Assembly (NCBI GenBank): GCA_951406725.2
Contig: OX597831.1
Coordinates: 76,756,001-76,820,000, forward strand
Direction of reading: 5' to 3'
DNA length: 64,000 nt
From: Octopus vulgaris
Taxonomy: Eukaryota
The notes under the pieces are model-generated. The model made no database searches. It was not told where the DNA came from and saw only the letters and a program-made list of their open reading frames with translations. Numbering within the stretch: the stretch's first letter is position 1; each line of letters starts with the position of its first letter. A program made the position numbers and the translations under genes. Positions 12,380 through 26,699 of this stretch are shown in pieces.

Positions 12380-12415
<36 letters not shown>

Positions 12416-12416
12416 G

Positions 12417-14785
12417 GAAAAAAGTCAAGATAGAAAATGCTAAAATAATTTTATAAAAAACATTTCAGTACCGGTTTCGGTCATTGAGAATTTTTCAACT
12501 GTAAACATGGAAAACAATTAAATTTTAGAAAAATTAAAAGAAAAGTTTTTTCAAAAGAATATTTGCATAGTTTTCAAATATAAGTGGCATTTTCCTTGTT
12601 TCTGGCTTTCTCTGTCTCTCTTGTTTACACTTGTGGGTTCGAGGTCCATGTGAATTCTTGGTAGGGAAGATGAAGAAGAAGAAGGATGAGGAGAAGGGGG
12701 TGGAGGAGAAGGAGGAGGAGAAGAAGAAGAAGAAAAAGAAGAAGAAGAAGAAGAAGAAGAAGAAGAAGGAGGAGGAGAAGAAGAAGAAGAAGAAGAAGAA
12801 GAAGAAGAAGAAGAAGAAGAAGAAGAAGAAGAAGAAGAAGAAGAAGAAGAAGAAGAATGTGGCAGTGCCATGAAAGTAGTATGTTAAATGGTCAACTGCC
12901 CCGAAAGTGACCCACTGTGGGTGGTAGTAGTAATTGTTGAAGTCCTGAAATATCTCTTTTGAATGTTTTGTTTATAATATTTGCCTAGCTGTTATTCTAA
13001 ACAGCAATAGTGGTGAAGTTAGGAAGGAGGAGGAAGAAGACAAAGAAGAAGAAGAAAGAGAAGGGTGAATAAGAAGGAATGTAGGTAGAATGAAAGAAGT
13101 AAGGTGTTAAATGGTCAAGTAAGGTGTTAAATGGTGTATTAGCTCGTTATAGATTATAGCAGAAATTGGGACTGTTTTTTTAATGAATTCTTAGGAATCT
13201 CTTGGGTGTATCATTTTTAATATTTGCATGAGTATTTGTGTTATTCTAAGGTCGCTGTGGATATGTCGTTTGTTGTAGACGCGTTCAAAAGGGGTCTGTA
13301 TTTTATAATAAAGAAAGTCTCTTTACTAATTCGTTGGCTCCAGGTTGTATCGTCCCTGAATTGGTAGAAGGGAAAAATTCTGAAGCTTGGATTTTTGTTA
13401 TTGGCGCAAATGTCTATGTGTTGACTGAATGCTATTTTTCTGTTTTGGGGAATTTTGATCTGGGATCTGTGCAGAGCCATTCTTTTATGTAGACTTTTTT
13501 TGCTTGGCCTATGTATTGCTCTTGACACTCAGAGAAGGTTAGTGCGTATATCAGGTTCTCCGAAGCACATGTGAAGTTGCTTTTTACTGTGAAACGTTGT
13601 CCCTGTTTGAAGGAGAACTTCGATCCCTCAATTAAATTGACGCATATCCCACAGTTGGGTCTTCCGCATTTTTTTACTGACGGCATCTGTGTTGTTGTTG
13701 AGAGTATTCGGGCTTGTGTTAGGAGACTTTTCCTAGATATGGGTTGTCTCTTGCTTTTAATGATGGTGTGTGTTTGGAGGATTAAGTTCATTCTGTGGTC
13801 CTTTTTTAGCAGGGGAATGTTTTGAAGGATGGTGTGGAAGGCTTCATGGTGAGAGGGTTGTATATGGAGATGTATGGTAGGTATTTTGGTTGTAAATCTT
13901 TCTTTAATTTAGGATGTCTGAGTTCCTGGATGTTGAGTTGAAGGGCACGTTGAAAGCATATGTCAATAAGTGAAGGAGGGTAGTTCCTGGTGATGAGGGC
14001 ATCCTTTAGTTCATGTAGTCGTGTGTCTCTGGTGTTTGCATTAGAAACTATTGTACATATCCTTCTTGCTAGGTTGAAAGGGATATTCATTCTGGTGTGT
14101 CTGGGATGGCGTGAGTTGAACGGTAGATATTGCTTGGAGTCCGTGGGCTTATAGTATATATCAGTTTCTATTACGTTGTTAGATTTCTTAATGAGGATTT
14201 CGAGGAAGGGGAGTTGTTTCTGGCTATATTCCATCGTGAATTGGATGTTTACGTCAAGTCCATTTAAAAGTGCTTGGAATTCTTTAAGTTTCTCGATATT
14301 TTCATGCCAAAGAATGAAACAGTCATCCAGGTATCTCTTTCAGGTATTTTCTATGTAGAGGGAGAATGGGCTGACGTACTTTTCTAGAACCTTATGATAA
14401 TGGCTAATTTCTAGATATCCCGTGACTAGGTTAGCAAATCACAGTCCCCGATTTTTGTCGGTAGAAGTTGTCTTTGAAGGCGAAGTAGTTATTTTCCAGG
14501 ATGAATTTAGCCCCTTCTATCACGAATTCTTTTTTGATGCGATGTGGGAGTTCGTTGGCGTAATTCTCTAGCCAGAATTGAATTACCTCTATTCCTAGGC
14601 TGTGGGGGATATTGGAATAGAGGTTGACTACATCGAAAGATACTAGTAGCGTGTTTTTATTGTTCTAGGAAGGTGCTTGTTTATTGTTTTAGGGAGGTGA
14701 TTGAGCCCTTCTCTGTATAGGTTTAACATGGATTTTAGGTCTCTCATCATTTTCTGCTGACTGTAGTGTTAGGCCTTTTCATAAT
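12417..14785 (-). mobile_element. Penelope-like element, 5'-truncated (RT C-terminus, GIY-YIG, 3' tail with hammerhead variant at 12466-12501)
   Basis: LPFL.I..YYKPTD thumb region, CGRPNCGIC and NLIYALT..QYIGQ GIY-YIG, all frameshifted. Same family as 42685-47003. Confidence 0.9.
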
Positions 14786-15005
14786 ATATATATATATGGG
14801 GGTGGGGTGGGGTGTATACATGCATAAATTGTAACAATGAAGTCAAATCAAATGATGGCATTTTGAAAGCATTTAACGCATGCGTTTAAGATCTTGCGTT
14901 ACATAGAGTAAGAAATAAATCCGCTATATGCAAGGTCTTCTGTAGTTAATTTATTTCAAAATATGAACCAACTGATAGAAATAGTTCTGTGTGTGTGTGT
15001 GTGTG

Positions 15006-15038
<33 letters not shown>

Positions 15039-15669
15039 AGCTTACTTTTTCCGTTAAGGTAAAGAACAGTAAGAAAAGTGCTAAACACCGTTCGTCACAG
15101 CCCTCCTGGTGATCAACTTCTTGACAGAGATGGGCATCAGGACTGTTCCTTATCTTCTCTACAGTTCAGACCTTTGCTCCTTGTAACTTCTAGTTGTTCT
15201 CCAGGCTGAAGGAGAGTTAGACAGATAATTGCAGTGTTTTAGTTGAAGTAATTGCTTAAGGCGGCAAGCTGGCAGAAACGTTAGCACGCAGGGCGAAATA
15301 CACAGCGGCATTTCGTCAGTCTTTACGTTCTGAGTTCAAATTCCACCAAGGTCGACTTTGCCTTTTATCCTTTCGGGGTCCATAAATTAAGTACCAGTTT
15401 CGTACTGGGGTTGATGTAATCGACTGGCCCCCTCTGAGGTAACAATCGTTTTGAAGATGAAGGAGGCTGCGACAAGGGTCCTGGACGCGTTCATTGTGAA
15501 AGACTTCTATGGGGCCTCCACAAAGTGGCTGGGGTGCTACAGCTAGCTCAGTGAAGTTAGAGGATCCTACTTTGAAATTAATAAATGTTACACCTGAAAA
15601 ACTCGTAAACTTCTGGAATGCACCTTGTACGTTAAAGTTTAGGTAAGAAACGCAAAGAGAAGTATTTAC

Positions 15670-15885
15670 CTGAAAATAAGGACGAGAGGCGTCTGGGAAG
15701 CGTAGAATTGCCATATCCATCACCGAAACTGTTTGGGTGTCCACCTCTGTGATCAGATGTTCAATATCATATTTAAATGCTTGTGTTGCTGCAACCAAAG
15801 CTATCTTTCTAATGTCTATTTTCGTCTCATAAAGTATTGATGGATCTTGAATAAATCTACAAAACCAACTTTCGATATTGTATAC
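15670..15885 (-). CDS. Gene Z exon 4 (72 codons)
   Basis: AG/GT boundaries, 216 nt, open: VYNIESWFCRFIQD...DMAILRFPDASRPYFQ. Confidence 0.85.
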
Positions 15886-17117
15886 CTGTAAATAAGGATT
15901 TTGAATATTTTATATACAACCAACAACATCGACATGCAGGGTGCAGGAGAAAAAGCTCCTGTATTTTACCTTTTATTATTGTAAAACTAGTGAAGTTAGA
16001 CAGATAATTACAGTGTTTTAATTGAAGTAATGGCTCAAGGCGGCGAGCTGGCAGAATCGTTAGCACGCCGGGCGAAATGCGTAGCCGTATTTCGGCTGGC
16101 ATTACGTTCTGAGTTCAAATCCCGCTGAGGTCGACTTTGCCCTAAATTATGTACCAGTTACGCACTGTCCTTGTTTGTCCTCTCTGTGTTTAGCCCCTTG
16201 TGGGTAGTAAATAAATAGGTATTTCGTCAGTCTTTACGTTCTGATTTCAAATTCCACCGAGGTGGACTTTGTCTTTTATCCTTTCGGGGTCAATAAATTA
16301 AGTACCAGTTACATACTGGGGTCGCTCTTATCGACTGGACCCCTCTCCCAAATACTTGGGCCTTGTACCAAGAGTCGAAAAGAATTTAAGTAATGTTTAT
16401 AGCATTTATTCGTTACCACTATGTTTCGAACCGATGTGCATTTTGCGTTAATCGTTGAAACATTTATTTAAAAAATGGTGAATCTAGAAGCGTTTTTTGG
16501 TTGCATTCATACATAAATTTCAAGGAATTGCACACTCACAAACATACACACACAAGATAACCGCACACATACACACATGTCCACACGCGCACACACATAC
16601 ACACCCGTACATAGAACGTACATTACTTCACATAAGGCACGCTCTATGTTACTGATACACATACATACACACAGGTCCACATCATTTTCAGCTCACTCAT
16701 GTATACTTTCGCTCTCGCCTCCATTCATACATATACACTCGCACACACGTGCTTGAAGAAATTCGATGAGCCGGGTCATCGTTATTATCTCCCTTTTATT
16801 CAACCTCTTTCTTTCGGCCATTTCATCATGTTGAACCGTTAATCTCTACACCTATTTTCTATCTCTCTCCGTTTTCTTTTTTTCTTTTTCCCTCCTTTTT
16901 TCCCCTCCTTAAGCACATAAATGATAACAAAAGCAGCGAAACACGTGTCGTTTTTCTACCTATTATATACATTTTTATTGATTTTGTAATTTACTTAATC
17001 TTTACATTTTATTGTTAGTTTAATTTTAACTTTTCTATTATATGTAATTTTCTAGATGGTGTAATTTAATTATTCATTTTGAATTGATAAAAGGTGCTTT
17101 TTCTAATTTTTTTAAAA

Positions 17118-17164
<47 letters not shown>

Positions 17165-17258
17165 CGGGAAGCTTTATGAAAATAGACAAAAGACGAAGGC
17201 AGGTGGAAAACAAACAAACAATTGTATTAGTATGGCGCTCAGTATATATGTATATGTA

Positions 17259-17292
<34 letters not shown>

Positions 17293-17349
17293 TTGTGTGT
17301 GTGTGTCTGTGTGCATGAATGTATTATCACAAATTTGGAAAATTCTCAC

Positions 17350-17541
17350 CATTGAATAGTCGATATCTTTGGATAATTTCGCTACATCATCTCTATCGAA
17401 CCTTATCATTCCTTCATGGAAGCCGTCCCGTGTGCTGTTAAACATTTTTAAATATGGAACTTTGTCAAAATAGTCCAGCAGTTCTTCCCAGCTTGAAACT
17501 TTCATGTCTTTTATAGCTTTCATCACTCCGCTCACCATCAT
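17350..17541 (-). CDS. Gene Z exon 3 (64 codons)
   Basis: AG/GT boundaries, 192 nt, open. Confidence 0.85.
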
Positions 17542-18156
17542 CTGAAAACAGAATATAAATAAGAAAAAAATATAAACAAATAGAATGAAAATTAAAAGTA
17601 TAGAAAAAATTCGTCTTCTATTTGCTTTTATCATCGGAATGGTGCCATGCTGGAGCACTGCTTTGAACATATAGACTCCAATACTTAGTTTGTGGTACTT
17701 AATATATCGGTCTTTTTTTTTTACCGAACCCTTAAGTTATGGGATGTAAACAAACCAGTACCGATTCTCGAGGGGTTGTGGGGACCAAACACATATAGAC
17801 ACAAAGGACCCCACACAGAGATATATACGTATATGCGACAGGCTTCTTTCAGTTTCCGTCTACCAAATCCACTCATTAGGCTTTTGTCGGCCTGAGGCTG
17901 TAGTAGAAGACAATTGCCCAAGGTGGCACGCAATGGGACTGAACCCAGAATCATGTGGTTGGGAAGCAAGCTTCTTACCGCACAGCCTTATATATTCATT
18001 GGATTATTTCAGTCATTAGATTGCGTTTATGCAGGAACATCGCTTTGATATCGGTATGTATTCTTTTAACGTCCGATACTTACTCTATCTGTCTTTTTTG
18101 CTGAACCGCTAGGGTTATGGAGACATCAGTAAGCCAACACCGACCGTCAAGTGGTG

Positions 18157-18211
<55 letters not shown>

Positions 18212-18614
18212 TACACAGACAAAAGAAAAAACCCGCATACACAAACATTACATAATACACATACGAATATAAGGCAGGCTTCCGTACAGTTTCTGTCTGC
18301 CAAACTCAATCTGTCAATAGTGTAGAAGACAGTTGCCCAAGGTACCGCGCAGTGAACTCGAAGCCCTGTGGTTACCAAGTAAACTTTCTTACCACAGAGC
18401 TACACCTCTGCCTATTTCTTTGTTTTAATCTTTTATTCTTTCCCTTATTTTACTTATTAAATTGCGGCCATGCTGGAGTCAATCAAATCGACCCCAGTTC
18501 TTATTTCAAGTCTGGTGCTTATTCTGTTGGACCTGTTATATAGAATCCTTAAATTACTAGAACGGAAACAAACCCACACCGGATGTCAAGTGGTGAGAGA
18601 CAAAGACACACACG

Positions 18615-18684
<70 letters not shown>

Positions 18685-19648
18685 CAGGACTACTAAAAAA
18701 GAATGAACCGATTTCATTTTGCAATATTTTAATAAGGTAAAGCAACAGAAAACTCCAGCTAAGTCACAAGTATTTACTCACAATCAACTTTTATTCCCTG
18801 TCTTAGAAAGGGTTCAATGTGGCCACCACCTATAGCACGGTCAACATCAATGCGATAAGAGAATCCCTCCCAGACGCGTATCAGCATATCACGATCCAGT
18901 TACTACTTCTTTGGCCGTCTGGTTGAATGATTTATCCAAGTTTTTCCATTTCGCTTCTATGTAAATACCTTCTGGAATCGCCTCAAGCAAAGCAAATTTA
19001 TTTTTCAGCTCCATAATGAACTTGCTTTTGATGTACTGATACGCGTCTGGATGCCAGGAAACTCTAAGTACTGCATATGAGTTTCCATGTTTGTAACATT
19101 ATATTATATTATATTGATTATATTATATTGATATTATATTATATTATATTGGCTCTCAGGACGGCCTGCTCTGCTAACCTTGGATCGTAGAGTGACCCGC
19201 TGTTCTTGAGGAGACCTATTGAGTCAAGTACCTCAACATCAAAATAAACATTCAAATGGAAATTGTAGTTAAGACACCCGTGCCGGTGACACGTAAAAAG
19301 CACCGTCTGAACGTGGCAGATGCCAGAGCCACCTGACTGGCGTCCGTGTCTGTGTCACGTAAAAGCACCAACCGATCGTGGCCGTTTGCTAGCCTGCCCT
19401 GGCCCTTGTGCCGGTGGCACGTAAAAAACACCCACTACACTCACGGAGTGGTTGGCGTTAGGAAGGGCATCCAGCTGTAGAAACACTGCCAAATCAGACT
19501 AGAGCCTGGTGCAGCCTCCATGGCTTCCAGATCCTGGTCGAACCGTCCAACTCATACTAGCATGGAAAACGGACGTTAAATAATGATGATGATAAATGTG
19601 TAGGTATATGTAAGTATGGATGGATGTATTCCAACTATCTGCTCTTAC

Positions 19649-19842
19649 CTGTAAATATTTATCCATTAGTTTTAAAGATTCAAAAGTCAGGCGGCCAAAC
19701 GAAGCTGCTATTTCAAATCTCGGATTGATTTCTCTTGTTTCGTCCAATTTTTTAAATATATTCGCTGTATCAAACACTTGAAGATATTGACGAAGTTTCT
19801 TTCGTATTTCTTGGTTCTTTGTTACCGTCACGTTCCCAGCAT
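19649..19842 (-). CDS. Gene Z exon 2
   Basis: Phase-1 acceptor, gtaaga donor, 194 nt. Confidence 0.85.
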
Positions 19843-19927
19843 CTTAACACGAAGGAAAAAAACACATAAGAAATAGAAATAATTTGGAATATGGAAGCTT
19901 GTCTTTATCTGTCTGTCAGGCAGTCAG

Positions 19928-20018
<91 letters not shown>

Positions 20019-20040
20019 GTCAGTTTATCTATCTATCTGT

Positions 20041-20084
<44 letters not shown>

Positions 20085-20142
20085 ATTTAGTACTTAGGGA
20101 GTTTTGATTTTCAGTCGGATGACTTTTGGCCAACCCTGTGTA

Positions 20143-20217
<75 letters not shown>

Positions 20218-20309
20218 AATTATGTTATGAGGAAGAATTCAACGTTTCGGAGAGTGTCATTTATCAAGAACGAAAAGCGGAGTAAAAAAATAAAGAAGAA
20301 ACGACTTAC

Positions 20310-20379
20310 CTTCTTGACCATTCCCTCTTTCAAATGCAAGAAACAGGAAGCATAACAGGAACGGAACGAGTCGAACCAT
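20310..20379 (-). CDS. Gene Z exon 1 (signal peptide)
   Basis: MVRLVPFLLCFLFLAFERGNGQE with a phase-1 gtaagt donor. The total Z CDS is 858 nt, or 285 aa. Confidence 0.8.
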
Positions 20380-21741
20380 TTCGAAGCAATGATTGAAATA
20401 TCTCCTGTTTGAACTTTTATGATTTCAACCACTTCATAAAAATCAATACTTGGATTACTTAGAGCAATAATCATTGTTTTGTTTGATGGCTTTTTTCTCT
20501 TCCTGTTCTTAATGGCTTTGAAGTTGTTGTCAATGCATTTGCCATTGTGGTTCTCTTAACAAAAGAACCAGATCTTCAGACATTCAATGTTCTGATGGTA
20601 CTTCCGAGGATAGCACAAGTCCAGTTTCTCACGTATGAAAGTGTGTATGATCACTGTATCTCTCTCCTCTCCCTCTTTCTCTTTTTTATGTTGCCCCATT
20701 TTCCACCAATCTTAACCTAATTTTAAACTTATGGCAATTAACTTTACAATGGATCTCACGTTTATGTTAGTCATGCCGTTGCTGTTTATGTTATTGCTAC
20801 TATTGTTGCTGTTGCTGTTGTTGTTGTTGTTGTTGTTGTTTGGTACTGGCTCTATTCCAAGAAAAGAAACCAATGATAAAAGATGTTCCAGATATGAATA
20901 TCTTGCCATATTTTCAAATACGGCATAATATGATTTGAGGGAAGTTTGGTTGATATTTCTAGCATGTTAAGCGACCACAATGAAGCCTTGCTATTGATTA
21001 ACTCGTAATTTTGATCATAAGCTGCTTGAGTACAATAACATATATATACATGTATATATATACATACACACACACACACACACACACACACCCACACATA
21101 TATATATATATTTAAATAATGAGGGAGATAAACTGAATATTATTTAAATTAATATCAATTTAAAATCAGTAGCCTATCATACAAAAATTAGAGAAAATTC
21201 TAATACATGTATATATTTTATGGGCTAAAAACCACTATGTGGACAGCCATATGCTAGAAATAGATCACCTACGATCAAACTAAAAAAAAAGAATGTTCTG
21301 CAGAGAAAAATTCAGCGGACACCTGAACAATAGGCGGGCAAGATAGATGAAAATTATATAAAAATCAAGAATTAATCGCATACCGATTTCGTCTATTAAC
21401 GAATAAATTACTTACGTAATCCTTCGCCCGTTGGACTCATCAGTACGATCGTTCCAAAAGCAATATAATTTGTAAAACTAACCACCAGTTTTCCGTATAA
21501 AAACAGACACGTGCTTAGTTCCACCGATTACATTGGGATTAATTTCAAATGTCTGAGTTCTGGCGCGCTAAATTCCAGAAACAAAAACTGCAGCAAATAA
21601 TTTCCTGCAGTTATATGCTTATATATATGTATGTATATATATTTATATATATATATATATATACATATATATATGAATATATATATATAAGTATATATGT
21701 ATATATATATGCATATATATAGGTATATATAGGTATGCATG

Positions 21742-21778
<37 letters not shown>

Positions 21779-22222
21779 GTATATATATATATAGGTATTT
21801 ATGTTTAGTTATATATATATATATATATGTATGTATGTACGTATGTATGTATGTATGTATGTATGTATGTATGTATGTATGTATGTGTATGCATATGAGT
21901 ATGTGTGTGTAGGTTAATATAGTTACGAAACAATGAAATAACGAAGCGAAACAGTCGATTACAATTTTTATTCGAGGTTTTTCTTACATTTCTATACATG
22001 AAATACACTTTAGATACGGAAGTTTTCAATTCATAAGGTAAATTGTATATTTATTAAGGAAACCATCAATTTGTGAGAATTATTAACGTAACGTGAGGCT
22101 TGCAGTTAAAGTTTGTGTGTGCATCTGTGCGTGCATATATTTGTGAGTGTATGTATATGTGTATTTATGTGTTTTTATACAGGTCCCAAATTCTTAACGC
22201 AAGTTAAGAACTGAATATTTTT

Positions 22223-22414
22223 TTATTTCATATCAAACAGTATTTTTAGGTCCTTATACAGATTTCTCTTCGCCCTCTTCTTCATTTTTTTAATGTACTT
22301 TTTGTTGGGTTTATATCTGGCGTAGTTGAACCGACAGAGGACCCCGCACGATCCATCTTCAATAATTATCATACGCCACGACTCTCTGTAACCAATGAGC
22401 TGAACAGTAAACAC
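22223..22414 (-). CDS. Gene Y exon 5 (63 aa + stop)
   Basis: ttttag acceptor, VFTVQLIGYRES...LFDMK*. Confidence 0.8.
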   Translation of the reverse strand: MFTVQLIGYRESWRMIIIEDGSCGVLCRFNYARYKPNKKYIKKMKKRAKRNLYKDLKILFDMK

Positions 22415-22529
22415 CTAAAATAAATATATACAACGGAAACATGGTGAGTAAAAAGAAAAATACAGGAGTTTGATGCACGTAGACAACAGGCTATTTGTGT
22501 GAGGACTATGTGATAAAAGTGTCGGTTTA

Positions 22530-23332
22530 GGCGAGCTGGCAGAACCGTTAGCACGCAGGGCGAAATGCGTGGCCGTATTTCGTCTGTCGTTACATTGTGA
22601 GTTCAAATTCCGCCGAGGTCGACTTTGCCTTTCATCCTTTCGGGGTCGATTAAATAAGTACCAGTTACGCACTGGGGTCAATGTAATCGACTTAATACCT
22701 ATGTCTGTCCTTGTTTGTTCTCTCTATGTTTAGCCCCTTGTGGGTAGTAAAGAAATAGGTATTTCGTCTGCCGGTACGTTCTGATTTTAAATTCCGCCGA
22801 GGTCGACTTTGCCTTTTATCCTTTAAGGGTCGATAAATTAAGTACCAGTTTCGTACTGGGGCGATGCAATCGACAAGCCCCTCCCCCAATATTGCGGACC
22901 TTGTGCCTAGATTTGAAATGTTTAAAAGCGACGAGCTGGCAGAAATGTTAGCCCGCTGGGCGAAGTGCTTAGCGATATTTCGTCTGCCGCTACGTTCTGA
23001 GTTCAAATTCCGCGAAGGTTGATTTTGCCTTTTATCCTTTTGGGGTCGATTAAATACGCACCAGTTACGCACTGGGGTCGAAGTAATCGACTGAATCTAT
23101 TTGTCTGTCCTTGTTTTCCCCCTCTCTGTTTAGCCCTCTGTGGGCAACAAAGAAATAAATATATAGGTGTAGGCATGGCCATGTGTTATGCAGCTTGTTG
23201 CATGGTCTCTGGGGTCAGTTCCACTGCGTGGGACTTTGGGCAACTGTCTTCCACTAAAGCCCTGATCCGATTGAAGTGCCTTTGGTGGACGGGAACTGAA
23301 AGAAACCTTTTATAAATAGTTATAATATAATG

Positions 23333-23370
<38 letters not shown>

Positions 23371-23533
23371 TGTGTGTGTGTGTGAGGCTGTGTGGTAAGT
23401 AGCTTGCTAACCAACAACATAGTTCCGGGTTCAGTCCCACTGCGAAACTTTGGCAAGTGTCATCTACTATAGCTTCGGGCCGACTAAAACCGTGCGCGGG
23501 AATTTGGCAGACGTAAACTGAAAGATGCCCGTC

Positions 23534-23570
<37 letters not shown>

Positions 23571-24050
23571 TATACATATGTGTGTGTGTGTGTGTGTATG
23601 TGTGCGTGTGTGTGTATGTATGTATGTCTGTGTATATGTTTGCCCCAACATCGTTCGACAACCGATGCTGGTGTGTTTATATCCCTGTAACCTAGCGGTT
23701 CGGCCTGAAACACCGATAGAATAAGAAGTAGGCTTACAAAGAATAAGTCCTGGGGTCGATTTGCTGGAATAAATGCAGTGCTCTAGCATGGCCACAGTCA
23801 AAATGACTGAAATAAATGAAAGAAAAAAGTATATGTATGTATGTGTGTGTGTTTGTCTGTGTATGTGTGTATGTATCTTTGTGTTTGCGTTGTATTTGTC
23901 CCCGATGACAACTGGTGTTGGCTTGATTACATCCCCGTAACTTAGCGTTTCGGCAGAAAGATTAAAGAAAAGATGCGGTCGATCTGTTCGACAATGCTTT
24001 TTAATGTGCCCCAGCTTGGCCGTAGCACAGTGATTGAAACAAGTAAATGT
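22530..24050 (+). mobile_element. SINE cluster (families A and B), paralogous to 55843-57600
   Basis: Multiple tRNA-like heads (B boxes gagttcaaattcc and gggttcagtccc) and cagcatggcc..gaaac tails. Confidence 0.75.
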
Positions 24051-24571
24051 TAAGCAGAGAAGCAGATGTTGTAGAATACTAAAAATAGAAAGTTCCGCAC
24101 GAGAGAGAGCGAGAGCGAGAGAGAGAGAGAGAGTGAGAGTGAGGGTGGGAGAGAGAGAGGGGAGAGTAAGAGTGGAAGAGAGGGAGAAGAAGAGTGAGAG
24201 TGAGGAAGGGAGAGAGAGAAAAGAATAGAGATAAGGAGAGAGAGTGTGAGAGGGAAAGGGGAGGAAGGGGAGAGAGAGAAAGGGGAAATGGAAGGAGGGA
24301 GAGACAGGTGAAGAGAGGGAGGGAGGGAGGGAGGGAGGGGAGAGAACGAAAGAGAGAGAAGGAGAGAGAGAGGAGAGAGAAGGAGAGAGAGAGGAGAGAG
24401 AAGGAGAGAGAGAGGAGAGAGAAGGAGAGAGAGAGAAGGAGAGAGAGTGTGATAGGAAAGGGTGGCAGGGAGGGCGAGAGAGAAAGCGGGATAGAAGGAT
24501 AGGGAGAGGGAAGGAGGATGAGAGAGGTAGAGAGGAAGAGAGTGAGAGAGGGAGAGACAAAGTATACTTAC

Positions 24572-24785
24572 CATGAAGTAAGGATGCATGATATCGGGAA
24601 ATCGTAAGATGGCTACGTCCATAAAAGCTCTATGTTTTTTGTATCTACCGATGAGAGCGTTAGAAGTGGTGATTTTTTCTCCCTTCGCAACAAAATATGC
24701 TAATTTGGTAATATTAATGTTCATCTCGTTCAAGATGTAATATTTTTTTTACTAGTCTGTCGAACCAAATCTGAATCTTATAAAC
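24572..24785 (-). pseudogene. Gene Y exon 4 with a +1 frameshift in an A8 run
   Basis: 214 nt versus 213 nt in paralog X. The extra A lies at about 24743-24750. Splice sites are intact. Confidence 0.7.
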
Positions 24786-24837
24786 CTGAAAAGTAAGTTA
24801 ACAACATATGTATATACATACATACATACAAACATAC

Positions 24838-24894
<57 letters not shown>

Positions 24895-24896
<2 letters not shown>

Positions 24897-25823
24897 TAAT
24901 TAAAGGTTTAGCAACGATTTGCCTCACCACACACCGAATTTAGAAATAGCAGTCAAAGAGTTTTGGCTATTCTTTCTACTTAAAAGGGAGATCCCAGTAA
25001 AACCACAGCACTTAAAAGGCAATCAACGCAGGCAAAGGAGAAAGAAATGACGACAATCATTCTATATTAAGTCACCTACGGACGTACGTTTCGGAATTAA
25101 GTCATAGGAAAGCATAAAAATTAAATAATTATGTCTTACCCCACTATTTTCCTCTTCAGCGTAGGATTCTTCAATTATAAATAATTGCGTCTCAATTATT
25201 AATAATTGTGTATTAAATTTGAAGGCACTAGAAGATATCACCTCAACTCATGGTATCAGAGCGAGCGTAAGCCATTACCAGTACCACCAAATTCAAAGGG
25301 TGAATGAAGGTATGTCACCATCCCCCTTCCGCCAGCGTGCTGCCAAAATAAGATGCTACGGTTTTTTACTGGGATGAAATATAATTATCAATAATAATAT
25401 AGGGTGAAATTAATTAATTTGGAATAATCATTAATTTCATCAAGTAGATTTCGGCATGTAAAAGCCCCATTCAAGGAAGGTTTAAGTAATACTAAGTAAT
25501 TAAGGGTTTAGCAACGATTTGCCTCACCACACACCGAATTTAGAAATAGCAGTCAAAGAGTTTTGGGTATTCTTTCTACTTAAAGTAGAATAACCGTTTT
25601 GATCTAGGATTATCCTGCATACATTGTGCCACCCGTAATTAAAGTAGAAAGAATAGCCAAAACTCTTTGACTGCTATTTCTAAATTCGGTGCGTGGTGAG
25701 GCAAATCGTTGCTAAACCCTTAATTACTTAGTATTACTTAATCCTTCCTTGAATGGGGCTTTTACATGCCGAAATCTACTTGATGAAATTAATGATTATT
25801 CCAAATTAATTAATTTCACCCTA

Positions 25824-25830
<7 letters not shown>
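24895..25830. mobile_element. PLE-derived element with direct (24895-24982 / 25494-25583) and inverted (25640-25830) repeats, inserted in (TA)n
   Basis: The repeat arrangement is typical of PLE pseudo-LTRs and it contains a hammerhead. Confidence 0.7.
25075..25165 (-). ncRNA. Hammerhead ribozyme, canonical core
   Basis: CCUACG-CUGAAGA-GGAA...UUCC-GAAA-CGUACG-UC-CGUAGG, with palindromic stem III ACGUACGU and a GUC cleavage triplet. Confidence 0.85.
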
Positions 25831-25913
<83 letters not shown>

Positions 25914-26007
25914 GTATAAATATATATATATATTTATATATATATATAATGTATAAATATATATATATATTTATATATATATATATAATGTATAAATATA
26001 TATAATG

Positions 26008-26620
<613 letters not shown>

Positions 26621-26651
26621 ATTCAACCACGTGCTTTCACATACCAACTTT

Positions 26652-26690
<39 letters not shown>

Positions 26691-26699
26691 AAATCTCTA

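Larger units (their letters stand above)
9904..22797. repeat. About 12.9-kb tandem duplication unit; the left copy is 1-9903 and runs off the window
   Basis: Colinear near-identity of 1-9903 with 14174-22797 across exons, introns, TEs and microsatellite positions. Confidence 0.9.

Noticed and set aside
23484-24560. 358-aa S/L/P-rich ORF and the many YI, HT, CV, poly-L and poly-K ORFs
   Set aside because: Translations of (GA)n, (TA)n, (CA)n and trinucleotide microsatellites.
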